The notes below the pieces were generated by a model, which did not search any database, was not told where the DNA came from, and worked only from the letters and a program-made list of their open reading frames with translations. From Lama guanicoe (lineage: Eukaryota), in contig MU056333.1 in NCBI GenBank assembly GCA_013239625.1, positions 10,254,689 through 10,318,688 of the forward strand: a stretch of DNA of 64,000 bases, read 5' to 3'. The translations under genes were made by a program, and so were the position numbers. Shown piece after piece: positions 12,701-24,877 of the stretch. Every line of letters begins with the position of its first letter. Position 1 is the first letter of the stretch.

Positions 12701-15700
12701 CCCAAGGCTTCTCAGTTTCTACTTCATTCTGAATCCAAAGTTCAACAAATGCTGATGAACTCTTAATTAAACTCCGTAAGTGTTAACCTTTGGCATCTCG
12801 CAGACTTTATCCCTTAAAGTGGTTCACAGCTCTTGGGCAAGATTTTTACCAGCTCTAACACAGTTCTTAACTCTGGAAGTACATTCTAATCACTTGGATA
12901 AGTAAAAACTACCAGCGCCTAGACTCTACCTTCAGGAACTGATTTAATTGGCTTCTATGGGAGGCAGGCGGCACGAGTTTTAGCAGCTCCCCAGGTGATT
13001 CTCACCAGCACCCAGGACTGAGATCCGCTGACTAGCATCTAATCACAGAAAATTCAATGAAGGAATAAAAGAACTCCTGAGTCTCAGACAGTACTACTAG
13101 GCAACCCAAACTTTTTCATTACCCATCTATTTTTAGCCTCTGTTTCCATGTTTGAGTTTTGTTTCAGCCTCCTATTAAACTGACCACGAATGACTTCATA
13201 ATCTTAAGAGACGTTTCAGTGTTATCAACTCTCTTTTCTCCTTCTCTTTTAGATGATCCTAAATGGGGAAGATAAAAACTGCTGAACACATTCGTGAAGG
13301 AAATGGCTGTCCTTCAGGATGTGGTGACTTCTGACAAGCAGCGACAGTGCACGTGTTGATCCTTTCACGTGGTGGGTTTTGACCCACACTAGCCCCAATC
13401 CACCTACCTTCTCAGCTACAGAGGGGCAGTCAGATGAGCAGGTGGTGGGACCCCTGGCTCAATCAGCTACTGTTCGTGTAGGTAATTTTCTTACTTGCCC
13501 TGAACCTCAGTTTTCCAATTTGTTAAACGGACATGACTGTTGTGAGACTTCCACAGCAGCATCTTTTATATCGAATGTTGCTAAGTACTCAGTAAATGAA
13601 TGCTGGTGGAATCTCTTGACCCTCTTTCAGGTTCCATAAAGTCCATTTTAATGTTCTTCTCAAATGGCTTTATTGAAGCCAAGCTCAGATTAAAGAAGCA
13701 GGGAGATGAGTACTTAGGCCAGAGATGACAAGGTGGAGAATGTGTGAAGAGCACTAAGCAGAGAAGCGGTTTCCCTGTGTCCAAAGGGTAGTTTCTAGAG
13801 AAAGGGAAATTCGCTGTGAGCAAGCAGCTTAAGGTTTTATTAGAAATCAAGTGCTCACTTGAGCACATTACATGACCAATATAGGAATGTTAACACAGCA
13901 ATTATCACTTTGCTTTCTATTTAATCTCAGAAGCAGGAGAAATTAACCAAATTTATAGTAAGGCCACAGTCGGGAATTAAGGAATACCTGCTACCAAGCT
14001 TAAGGAAACACTGTATTTTTCTAGAACAGATCCGGGGGAAGGTTCAGGTACACCCTCAGTATGCTCTGTCAATGAAAATGTAATAATTTGTTGGGAAAAG
14101 ATATGTATGTTACACATTTCAAAGGGCCCTACTCTCTTCTGGCCCCAACACATGGGGAATATTTAACATCATGCTTTGGGAAAATGTTAGATAGACAGAT
14201 GCAGCAATTTATTCCCAACAGTGAAACTATCATATGCCGACCTCCATGCCCTAGTAAGAAAGAAAGCAACACTGGTACGACTCAAATGGTCCAGTGGAAT
14301 CAGAGGTCAAGTCTAAGAATGAAAATAAAATCACGACTGCTTGGGTGATGCTTAGGGAAATAATCTACCATCGAGTTAGAACCCCAAATATTCAATCAGA
14401 GAGAATATAAATATCGATCTGGGTAATTATAATAGTTTGCTGTAATTTTTGTGCCAGTTATTACAGCAGAAAGAAGAATCTCAGTCAAGATGAGACACTG
14501 ACTAGGAAAAGGGTTCTCCTGGACGGATATGGACACCACTATGGGTCACAATCAAACCCAGCTCTGCCCCAAGTACAGGGGCAAACAAGTATGGTGAAAT
14601 GGGCTAACTGAAGATGCTTCCAGGCTAGTATCAATGAACACCAGATACCCCATCCACAGTCCCCTTAGCACATTTTCTATAAATTAATGAATTTACTAAG
14701 GAGAATAAGTGGGCAAGAACAGCAAGAATTGCTAAAATTCTAAGGTAATAAATAAGGAACTACCCTCACCAAATGTTAACACAAATTACAAAGCAAAATT
14801 TGGCATATGATACTTAGTTCAAATCAGAAAAGTTGTCCTTTTGAATAGAATCCACAAATACATGAACTGCTCTGTGAACTTTGGGATAAAACGGCAACAA
14901 CAGAGAAAGATTTGAGGTCTTAATAAACGCTTCTGTGCAAATGGACAGCAGGATAGAGTAAAAGTGAGTTGGCTGCACATGTCCCATCGGAGAAGGCAAT
15001 AAATTCCTGAGGGATTTAGTAACAATTTACATCCTGCTCTAGGTGCTAAATCTGACCATGATAAAAAGCACTGTGAATGGCTGGGTATATAAAAACTCAG
15101 ACTGTGCACTAAATAAAAAGGAAACCAACATTCAGTGTCAACATATGTAAATATACGGGCAAAAGCTGTAAGGCTGTCACAAAAAATAGAGGGAAGAATT
15201 ATAGGTGATATTCTTTCCAAATGCCTTTAATGGTATACTTTGATAATTACTTTACCAAAGAAGGGAGCACAATGGGAAGCAATATTTACATAACACAAAA
15301 GCTTACTATGCCAAGCAGTCATAGGGAATTCACGCAAATGATTAAAACACCAGACTCTAGTTACTAAATGGTCAAGGGCACTTTACACACAACAAAATGC
15401 ACAACATAAACCTACAAGGGGGAAAAATAAAACCTTTAGCTTCTGTGTTAACTATTATACAATTTAAATCATAAAAGCTTATTTTGGCAGGACTGTGGAG
15501 AAACTGGCACACTTAAACTTTGATGACAGCCCTGGAGAGCAAAGCTATAAAATCCTTCCAAGCCTTTGACATGATAATTAATTCCAGGCAGGGGCACCCA
15601 CCCTTACAGGTAAGCCACCTGCTACATGGAAAAGTCTTAGAGACCCCAAAACTCACACTCCACTAGCACATGGGAGAAACAGAGCTTTATCATTTAAATG

Positions 15701-15756
15701 CAAATTAAGAGCCACCACTGCACACTTCTTTAACAGGGAGCCGGATTAATTTAGAC

Positions 15757-16237
15757 TAGAGGTCACAAACTTTCTGTAAAGGGCCAGATAGTAAACATTT
15801 TTGGCTTTGTGGGCCAAAAAGTCTTGGTGGCAACTACTCAACTTTGCTGTTGCGGAGGGACAGAAGCCACAGACAATATGTAAACAACTGGCATGGCTGT
15901 GTTCCAATAAAACTGTTTTTTACAAAAACAGGTGTCCCCCAAACCCACAGAGTATACAACACAAACACTGAACCCTAATGTAAACTATGGACTTGGGGTG
16001 ATAACAATGGTTCAGTGTTGGCTCATTCGTTGCGACAAATGCCCCACACTGGTGCAGGATGCTGATGGTGGAGGAGGCTGTACTGGGGAGGTGGGGGGTA
16101 TCCAGGAGCGCCCTGTACTTTCTGCCCAATTTTGCTGTGAACCTAGAACTACTCTTAAAAATAAAGTCTATTAATTACAAGACAAAAGAGGTAGCTGGCC
16201 CTCAGGCTATATATAGTTTGACAACCTATCTTAGATT
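15757..16237. mobile_element. MER58A hAT MITE interrupted by an L1 3' end (~15936-16176, + strand)
   Basis: CAAACTTTCTGTAAAGGGCCAGATAGTAAA...GTTCCAATAAAACT, then L1 GAACCCTAATGTAAACTATGGACTT...AAATAAAGTCTATT, then the MITE end. Confidence 0.8.
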
Positions 16238-17949
16238 ATGATATTTCCAAAACAAAAGGATTTGCCCAACTCCGAAATCAGATAATCACAAAAGTAAAAT
16301 AATTGAATGTACATAAAACATATAAAATATAAAGGAAAAGTAAGAGTGGGGATATTTTCTGATTCCATTCCATAATAAGATCAAAGTTTCCCAAATCTTG
16401 CCAACAGTCTGATCAATTTCCCAAAGCTTAATAGGAGGAAAGCACTCAGTCCTCAATAGGTCGGTAAGCGTGGCCATGTCTCCTCTTCAGCACACAAAAC
16501 TCCAAAGGCAACGAACAAACTGGAACTACACCTTGAATGCTCAGAGCCTGATAAACCAGGTCATGTTGAAATTCAACCGCATCAGATATTTAGGGCCCCA
16601 AAGGCCAATTCTTTCTTTAAATTTAAATACTGACCAAGGTGCATTAAGCCAAGTTAGGTATCTTTACCCGAAATGAAATTGTTCTCTTCCTCTTAACTTC
16701 TGGATAGTTGCCTTCTGTCTCTGGACAGGTTAGTCTAATTCCTGGCAACTTCCCACAGTAGAAAAATTTACTGCTTACAGAAAAGGTGTGTCACGTATAT
16801 ATGTGTAAAGGTACAAAATGAACACACTCAGAAACAGAATGTGACTATTTTTTCCTTTTCCTAACACAACTGAAAAAGACAAAACTCTTCATCTTCTCCA
16901 GAAACAAAACCACTGTTCTCCCCAGTAGCAATCAGGCTTCAAGGAGCATGACTTAAAAACCCAAGACTTTTCAAAGAGCAGTCATTTGGAACCAAAGTCA
17001 ATTTTTCAGTGGGTACTGGAATCTTAAAATACTTTCTAAAGGAAAACAGAAGGTGGCTGGGCCTTCAAACCTCAAGAATATTTAAAAAAAAAAAAAAACA
17101 GGGAAACTGGCTGCTGCCTTCTAACAGCTAAAGGCTCCAAGGTTCACAGAACCAGTGTAATTATGGTAGAAATCTTTTCCGTGAAAAGGAGGCAGAGTTG
17201 TCAGACAACCTGTCTTCTGGTGGTTTTATTTCAGAGATGCTATATTTAATGTGGGGACATTATAGAAGCTTAAACTTATATAACAACTGATTAAATTAAA
17301 GTGACAGGGTGTTTAATCACCTTTAGACAGAGTCAATAATCACCACTCAGGGCAGAAAGCAAACAGCTGAGGAAGCCGTGGAGGTTACCAAGAGGAGGAG
17401 AGTGCCCACATTCTGCAAGGAGGCAGTTTAGAACAAAATAAAATAACAGGAGCCAGGAGCAAGCTCTTTAATATGAGTGAGGCTGTGCAAAAGACAAGTG
17501 CAAAAGAACTGGGAAATAAAACAGATAGGAAGTCAGTCAGTAGTGAGGGGATCAGAGTGATTAATGAAGGAACCAGAAGTGGACAAAGTACAGCTGAAAG
17601 ATGAAAATGTGAATCATTTCCTAGGAACTTATTCAAGATTCAGAAGGTTCTATCTTTAAGTTATATCATACACTCCAAGTCCCCCTGTTCTCATGTAAGA
17701 GAACTTTTCATTCCTAATAGCTACTTAAAGAATGATCTCCAACTCTTGCAAATATCACGAAGAACCACCATAATATTAACTGCCAGTGAGAGACAATAAA
17801 TGGGTCCGAACTTCCTGAGAGCAACAGGTTTATAGGGGAAAAAAAAGTAAAAGTTATATTGAGAAATAAAATCAATGAACGTTTATTCTGAACATTAAAA
17901 TGTGGTATTTCCATTACTCTTAATAAGGAATTAATATATATATACTGTC

Positions 17950-18422
17950 TGAAACCTCATTGTCCAATAGAAATATGTGAGCTACGCACGTAATTTTAAA
18001 TTTTCTAGCAGCCACATGAACATAAAAAGAAACAGGTGAAGTTTTTAATATTTTATTTAATCCAGCATACCCCCGAAATTATCATTTCAACATAGAATCA
18101 ATACAAAAAATATATGGAGACATTTTACTATTTTTTATATTAAGTCTTTGAAATCCAGTGTGTATCTTATATTTACATCTCAATTCAAAGGCTAAATTTC
18201 TCTCAGAAATAATCAGCCTATAATTGAATTTCACCAAATTTACAATTAAGGTAGATTCACATATCCCGATTGTTTTAAGCATACTTAAAAGTTTTCCAAA
18301 TTAACTGAATCAAGTACCAGCTTTAAGCTTAAGTTTAATTTAAATCAGTTTCTCAGTCACACTAGCCACATTTCAAGCGCTCAAGAAGTTCAAGGGGCTA
18401 GAGGTGACCACACTGGACAAAG
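17950..18422 (+). mobile_element. MER33/Charlie-type hAT MITE
   Basis: TGTCCAATAGAAATAT...AATTTTAAATTTTCTAG...CACTAGCCACATTTCAAG...CTGGACA. Confidence 0.75.
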
Positions 18423-18559
18423 AAAGTCTAAATAAATAAAGATAAGGCCTGGAACCAAAAATTCAAACCTAATTATTTAAAAATACATAACAAAACAAAG
18501 AAAGATATATAATATGGCAGAAAAATTAAAGCTATTAAAAACAGAAAGTGAAAGAAAGT

Positions 18560-19995
18560 TATAGACGTTTATCATTACAGATGACAGACCTGTCATATCA
18601 ACAAATATAAACTGGCTAAATTTAACCACATAAAAGAAAACATTTCACTCAAAAAGCAAAATCCAACTTTATGCTACGTTTCAAGACAATATTTAAAACC
18701 AAATAATCCAAAAAGACTGAAAATAAAAGGATGGGAATGCTCTAGCAGAAAATGTAAACAAGAGGAAAGGAAGGATTCAGATCTCGCTGTCAAATAAGGT
18801 TGAATCCAGGCCCAAAAGCATTAAACTCATAAAAGGTAGCACGCTGTATCCTACAGGGTATATCTCGCAATGAGGACATGACAGTCCAAGATATTTAAGC
18901 AGTAAACATAATATTAATGGACATAAAGCAAAAACCAGACGTGATATCTGGAGAAATAGAATCGTATTATTAGGAGACTTGAACTTCTCTTGGGCCATGA
19001 CAGATCCAGGGGATTAAAAAACAGTAAAGGCAAAGAAATCTCAAATAACATAAGTAAGATGGAAGATGTGATATATCAAGCTCTCTAACCTGAGAAGAGA
19101 ACGTAACCTTTCTTTTGCTGCCCAAGGAACAGTGACAGGAAATGAGCATGGATTGCACTACAAAGCAAGCCTCAATAAATTAATGAGTCAGATAACATCC
19201 TCTGATCACAATGCAACAAAACTAAACATCAATAAAATTAAAATACAGGGTGCACCTACACTGGACATTTAAAAACTCAACTCTTAGCTCATAGAAGAAT
19301 GAAAATCTGAAGATGCAGAAAGGCTGGGAGGAAAAAGGGTCAAATATTATACACATTAGCTGCTAAAGCAGTGCTCAGAGGAATAACTATAGCCCTAAAT
19401 ACCAAAACAAAAAAAAAAAGACTTTTCCCATTGAAAAAAAAAAAAAAAAAAAAAAAACAAAAAAAAAAAAAAAAAGACTTTTCCCATTGAAAAAAAAAAA
19501 AGAAAGAATAACATCGAGATCAGGGAGGATTAATAAAGTCAAAGTAGACATTAATGAGTGAGAAAACAAGTCATAACACTATTAAGTGAACCCAATCATA
19601 TAAAACACCATCTAATCTAATCAAGAAAGGGGGAGGGCAGAACAAATAGAAAATAAAGTGGGGAAGAGCCACAGAGAAAATCCAGACTAAGAGACTACTA
19701 TCTCAGCTATGCAAACTGACTTAAAAACCTCCATGACTAGGATAATTTTCTAGAGAAATATACAAAAGCAACTCTAGAAGAGACAGGGATCTATATTGAT
19801 CAATACCCCAGAACAGAGAAAGCTGTCAGAGAGCAATACCAAGACACACTAGGTTTATTTCATAGGTGGATTCTACCAAATCTTTAAAAAACAATTTGAA
19901 AGATAAACTGGTCTTCGTGTAGAAAGAAAATGATTTCTTCTGAATCAAGCATGATACTGACAAGAAAACCTAACAGACTGCACATACACACAAAT
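18560..19995 (+). mobile_element. Decayed L1 ORF2 (endonuclease-region) fragment
   Basis: A-rich strand with remnant motifs such as AAAGACTGAAAATAAAAGGATGG, GGAGACTTGAAC and TCTGATCACAATGCAACAAAACT. Many stops and frameshifts. Confidence 0.7.
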
Positions 19996-20116
19996 CCACA
20001 AACAGCACATGGTATCAATATAATGAACCCAGGAATTCATCATACTATTCTCTCTAGTTCTGTAGATGCTTAGAAAATTCCAAGCTAAAATTTAAAAAAA
20101 ATTTACTCTTAAAAAT

Positions 20117-20190
20117 ACTGAATCACTATGCTGTATACTTGAAACTAATATAATATTGTGAATCAACTATACTTCAATTTAAAAAACAAT
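20117..20190 (+). mobile_element. Very short L1 3' end
   Basis: ACTGAATCACTATGCTGTATACTTGAAACTAA...TCAACTATACTTCAATTTAAAAAA. Confidence 0.75.
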
Positions 20191-21114
20191 TTTTTTACTC
20201 AAGGAGAAAAAAATTCTGTCTGGATATACTTTTTCACTTACCAAAAGTTTGACAACAGTGTGGTAAAAGTGTAGGAAAATGGGTACTCTCAGAAACTTCT
20301 AGTGAGAGGATAAACAGGCAAGCCTTGATGGAGAGCAATTTCACAATGTTTATCACAATTTGCTATAGAAATCCAATGTTCAGGAATTTGCCCTATATAT
20401 ACACTCACACATGCATGAAATGATGGACACAAGAATTCACTGTTGCACTGGTTGTCATAGCAAAGACTGCAAACAACCTACTAACCATCACCAGGGAGTT
20501 GGCTAATGAATATAGTACACTCATATAAACAAATCCTCAGAAGCCATAAAAAAGAAAAAGGAAATTCTGCAGACACAGATATGGAAAGCTGTCTGAGAAA
20601 TTAAGTTTAAAAAGCCAGGTACAGACTAAAGCATTACAAGTTGCCATTTATTTAAAAATGGGGAGGCCAATGGACAAAAGTAGGAAGTTAACTTTTCTGT
20701 CTATGTCCTTTTGAATTTGGAACTATGTAACTATAATCTCAAGTGAAAAAGAATACATCTTTTTTTAAAAAAAATCCCACCCTTTAGAACTTACTGCCGT
20801 TATAAACTCATAATCCATTTAGAACACTTGCTGTTCCTGCTACACTTACCAACCGTGTGGAAGGCCATGTTTCAAGTAAAGAATGAGCTCAAGAAACTCC
20901 TTTTATTTTAAAGGGCACAGAGAAATATGGCCCACAGATGAAAGGGGGACAGAACTCTAGATCCAGAATATCATTCAATTAGTGGTTCTCAACCCTGGTT
21001 ATCCTTCAGAATAACCAAAAATACCAATGCCCTGTACCCATTCCCAGAACATTTATATTACAGGTTGGGGGAGGGGGCCCAAGCATGAAAACCACGCATC
21101 CAAATGCTTTACAG

Positions 21115-21348
21115 CAGTGGTCCTCAACAGAAGGTGATTTATTTTGCTCCCCAGGGGGACATGGTGCTGTCTGGAAATGTGTTTGGCTGTCACAACTCCT
21201 GGGTGGAGGGAGTGTGGGGGGAGGGGCGCCACTGGCATTTAGTGGGTAGAGGCCAGGATGCTGCTATAGTAAACCTCCCACGGCGCACAGGTCACCTCCC
21301 CAAGGACCTGTCCCAAAATGTCAGATGTGCTGAGACTGAGAAACCCTC
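21115..21348. mobile_element. MER20 hAT MITE nested in a MER5-like element (~20981-21367)
   Basis: CAGTGGTCCTCAAC...GGCATTTAGTGGGTAGAGGCCAGGATGCTGCTA...TGAGAAACCCT. Confidence 0.85.
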
Positions 21349-24120
21349 CTTTCAAATAAAACCACTGCTTCTGAAGTAACAAGCAGTTTTAGCCTTCCCT
21401 CTTGAATAAGAAAGATAACCTCACTTACTAGTGTGGATACATTAGGGTAATAAAGCTACTTCAGTGGCCAGAGGAACTACCATTGGTCGCCGTGGCTGTA
21501 ACAAATACTGAAACATGAAACTCCATGTACATCCTTTCACTGGTCCCAGTCCAGGTATTCTGGTCAAAAACTTCAGTCCCCTTCATAAAGGAACCAGGGG
21601 GAATGTCATAAAGTTCACAAAGCGGCAGCCTGTGGGTCGGCACGGTCCACACATCTATTCTGTTTGAGCCCCAGGTCTTTTAAAATATACTGAATTGGTG
21701 CCAATCAGCTCCCTCTCCTGGAGCCAGCATACACCCAGGAGCTTGCCACAGTCCCTGGGCAGCCTGGCTACATGGAATCATTTGCTGCTCCCCCGTTGGG
21801 CCTTTAAGCATGCGAGGGGGCTCACCTCTGTGGTTTCCTCCAATCATTCAGGGGCATAAAGCCTCTTCACTCTCCTTGCTTCTCACCTTAAAAACATCCC
21901 CCACACCCATTCTGAATTCTCAAACTCCCACATCATTTGCCAAAATAGGACTTCTATCAAGAGCTGGAAGAACCAAGACAAAGGGAGAAGGGACGGCCTT
22001 TATGTGACAACTGTCTTCTAGTTGTTCTCAGTAAAGATAGGCTGCCTGCCACCTGATTCATCCCTGGGCACTACAAATGAGGCTTGAGTTTCTAGCAAAT
22101 TCTACCACAATTATATATAGCTCTTCTGTGAGCTTCCTTATAAGGAAAAGACTTCAATTATTAGGCTTCTTCCATTCTCCTCGATTAGACTATCCCTCCA
22201 CTCCTCCCAAAATAGGTCAGAAGCCTTCTACGGGAAATATCTATCAGAAGGTCTGGTAATCTTCATTTTAGAAGCTCATCCCTTTTCCTTTGAAATTAGG
22301 ATCACACAGTTTTCGAGCTGTGCTTTAGAGATGACCTTATACAACCCACACATTTTTTGATGAGGAAAATGAACCCCAGGTCAGTCACTTAGCTAAGGCC
22401 AGGCTTTGAGTCAGTGGCAGAGCAAGAATTAGAACACTTGTTTTCAGATAATGGTCCTATGGGTTTTCCATGACAACACTATCCCCCGCTGTGGTTTTCC
22501 GACTCAAGTAACATCCTTGCCAAGACACCTATTAACATGGGTAGATACTAGCTGCTATAGAAATAAAACAACTGAAATTCTGCCGAGCTATGAGAGCTAT
22601 CACTTCAACTTTCAGGGTGGAAGAAAGGAACTGGGAGTCTGGATTCCTCTTGTTCCTTTTACTGGGAATTCACCTGTCTCAGTTTACCCCCAATGAAAGG
22701 TTGATACCTTCAGAATGGTCTCTAAACCATACATTAGGGATGGAAAACATGCTATTTATAGCAACTGCGATATTTTCTTTCTAAACTCTTTAAGTCGGGA
22801 GCTGCCTCAAACCTCTAAAATTCTCACAGGTGGCCAGAGATGGGAGAGTAAAACTACTGAAAATTTTGGGGAAGTGCACTTTAAAATACAAAGATCAACA
22901 TCTCACTGAACTCTTACTTCTCTTGTCCTTCGCTGACAAATCGGTTTCTTAAAATTTATTTTGGTCTCAACTTGAACCTATTCCTCTCTTCCTATCTCAA
23001 CCTAAGTATAGACAACATCACATTTTGCATATCGGGTATTCCCCGAATGAACGTGCTACCTTCTCTGCACTTAGGTTTTTATGACTAGACACCATCCCTT
23101 GATATTTACATAAAATTCATTAAACGAACAGCCGCTCCATTATTTTCCCTTGAGAGCTTAGAATACATCTTTGCTGCTCCATTTTCTCTTCCTTCCAGGA
23201 TGCCGCGTTCCGCTTTGATACCTGAGTGCGCACTTTTGTTTTACTTTGAGGTGTTTCACAACCAGCTCCCTCGCATTCAGCAATTGCGAGTATTCCCTCA
23301 GCTGCTGAAACGGCACCACTCTGGGGAAACACGATCCAGTTAACAGAAGGTCGTGGAATCTGTTCCCATCTCAGCTAGGCCTCAGGCAGGCTGGGGGCTG
23401 GGTCTTTTGCGCTGCCACCTCAATCCATGTAAACTGCCCACCAGCCCACCCCACAGGGGAGAAGGTGAGTGGCCCATAAAACGAGAGGCGCAACGAAAGG
23501 TGCTGGCACCGAGGCCCCGGTTGTATCAGACCCTGCTCTGACGCTAGGAGCCCACATACCCGCACTTCCCCAGCATCTAAGGCGTTTGCAGTCCAGGCCT
23601 CTAACTGCTTTCACATTACACGAAGACAGCAGTTCGAGTCCTGCCGCTCCGGCCACACAGCAGCACCTTAGAGCAGAAAAGGAACAAGATGCCATTGCAT
23701 AATTTATACGACCTCAAGGTGTTTCTAAAGCGCTCTTACCGAATAAAACAAAATCTAAAAATAAAAACGTTAAAAAGCCACCCACATTCCGCTCCGAAGT
23801 TTTAAGGGCGGTGAGGTTTGTGTCAAGTAGATTTGAAGCTAACGATGGCAGGTTTGGGGAGTTCTGCCCGGCTCCTCGGATGCGGTTCCTGTGTCTCCGG
23901 GTTAGCCCCCGGCCAGTGTGCGGGTGCCAGGCCCTGCCCCTCCGCGCCCCGAAATCCGAGCCCCCGGGAGAGCCCCTGGGCATCCCGGAGTCCGGCCCGC
24001 GGTTCCCACGGATTTTGCCTGGAGCCTGAGGAGACCCGAGGCGGCGGACCCGGAAGGCAGCGGCCCCGCGCCGGGCGTGAGGACTGTGGCTACCGCGGGG
24101 GCCCACGGCCCCGCACTTAC

Positions 24121-24226
24121 CGAAGTCCAGGAACTGCTTGATGGAGAGCGGTGATGGCGAGAAGCGCGAGTAGCGCTCAATCTGCTTGGGCACCGGCTGC
24201 TTCAGCAGCCAGTGGAACAGCCGCAT
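24121..24226 (-). CDS. PDK3: PDK3 coding exon 1 (106 nt; MRLFHWLLKQPVPKQIERYSRFSPSPLSIKQFLDF-G)
   Basis: Translation matches the PDK3 N-terminus. ATG has A at -3 (gcgaggATG). Donor G|gtaagt at 24120-24115; phase 1. Confidence 0.98.
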
Positions 24227-24369
24227 CCTCGCCGGGGCAGCGCAGAGACCAGCCGAGACGCCCGGGCGGCCGCAGGGGCCGGTGCAGCGGAGCCGCGCGG
24301 ATCCGGCACGTTCGCCAAGCGCGCACCCCGGCCTCCGCCTCGGCCTCGGCGCCGCGGGTGCAGCCGCCG

Positions 24370-24396
24370 CAGCAGCAGCAGCAGCAGCAGCAGCAG
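24370..24396 (-). repeat. (CTG)9 trinucleotide repeat in the probable PDK3 5' UTR
   Basis: (CAG)9 counted on the + strand, about 145-170 nt upstream of the ATG. Confidence 0.9.
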
Positions 24397-24464
24397 CTCC
24401 GGGGCTGCGGCCGGCCGGCCGCGGCTTCCCCAGGCCCCGCCTACGGGGGCGGAGCCGGCAGCCT

Positions 24465-24470
24465 CACGTA
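24465..24470 (-). promoter_or_regulatory. Candidate hypoxia response element (TACGTG)
   Basis: TACGTG on the minus strand between the GC boxes and the CCAAT box. PDK3 is an established HIF-1 target. Confidence 0.55.
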
Positions 24471-24877
24471 CGCGGCGCGCGAGGGACGCGGGGGGCACGA
24501 GGGGCGCGCGGCCGCACGCGCTGGCTGCTGATTGGCCGCCGCCAGCCACGCTTTCTTCTGCCGGAGTGCCGCCGGGCGCCGGCGCCTCCTTCCTTGGCTC
24601 TTGGGACCAAGACGGGCCGGGCAAGTGCAGCTACCCCGAGTCCCGTCCCCGGCTAGGTCCTCCGCGACCGAAAGGTGGCGAAGGTGCAAGGGAACTGGGA
24701 GCAGGCTCGGAGCCCTCGCCTGGAATCCCGATCCTACGCGCCGCTCAATGCCCCTCTCGACCGAAGGCACGTCTTCCGGGAGGCCTTCCTTGGATCTGCT
24801 GACTGTTGCACTTCAGGGTATTCGTTGCACCTTGACACGTTGATTTTCATGTTCTGTTTACCACCTAACTACAGTGG

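Larger units (their letters stand above)
23850..24800. promoter_or_regulatory. PDK3: CpG island / PDK3 promoter and 5' UTR (approximate limits)
   Basis: Very high GC and CpG density around exon 1. GC boxes at 24435-24442 and 24445-24455, CCAAT box (CTGATTGG 24528-24535), no evident TATA. Confidence 0.92.

Noticed and set aside
18560-19995. Functional L1 ORF2 or domesticated gene
   Set aside because: Heavily decayed, with no long open frame.
23714-24120. C-terminal part of the 170-aa ORF starting at the PDK3 ATG
   Set aside because: Read-through into intron 1 past a perfect GTAAGT donor. GC-rich sequence is stop-poor and PDK similarity ends at FLDFG.
24151-24843. Long + strand ORFs with poly-Q/A/S (126-196 aa)
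   Set aside because: By-products of the CpG island and the CAG repeat. Low complexity and no recognisable domain.
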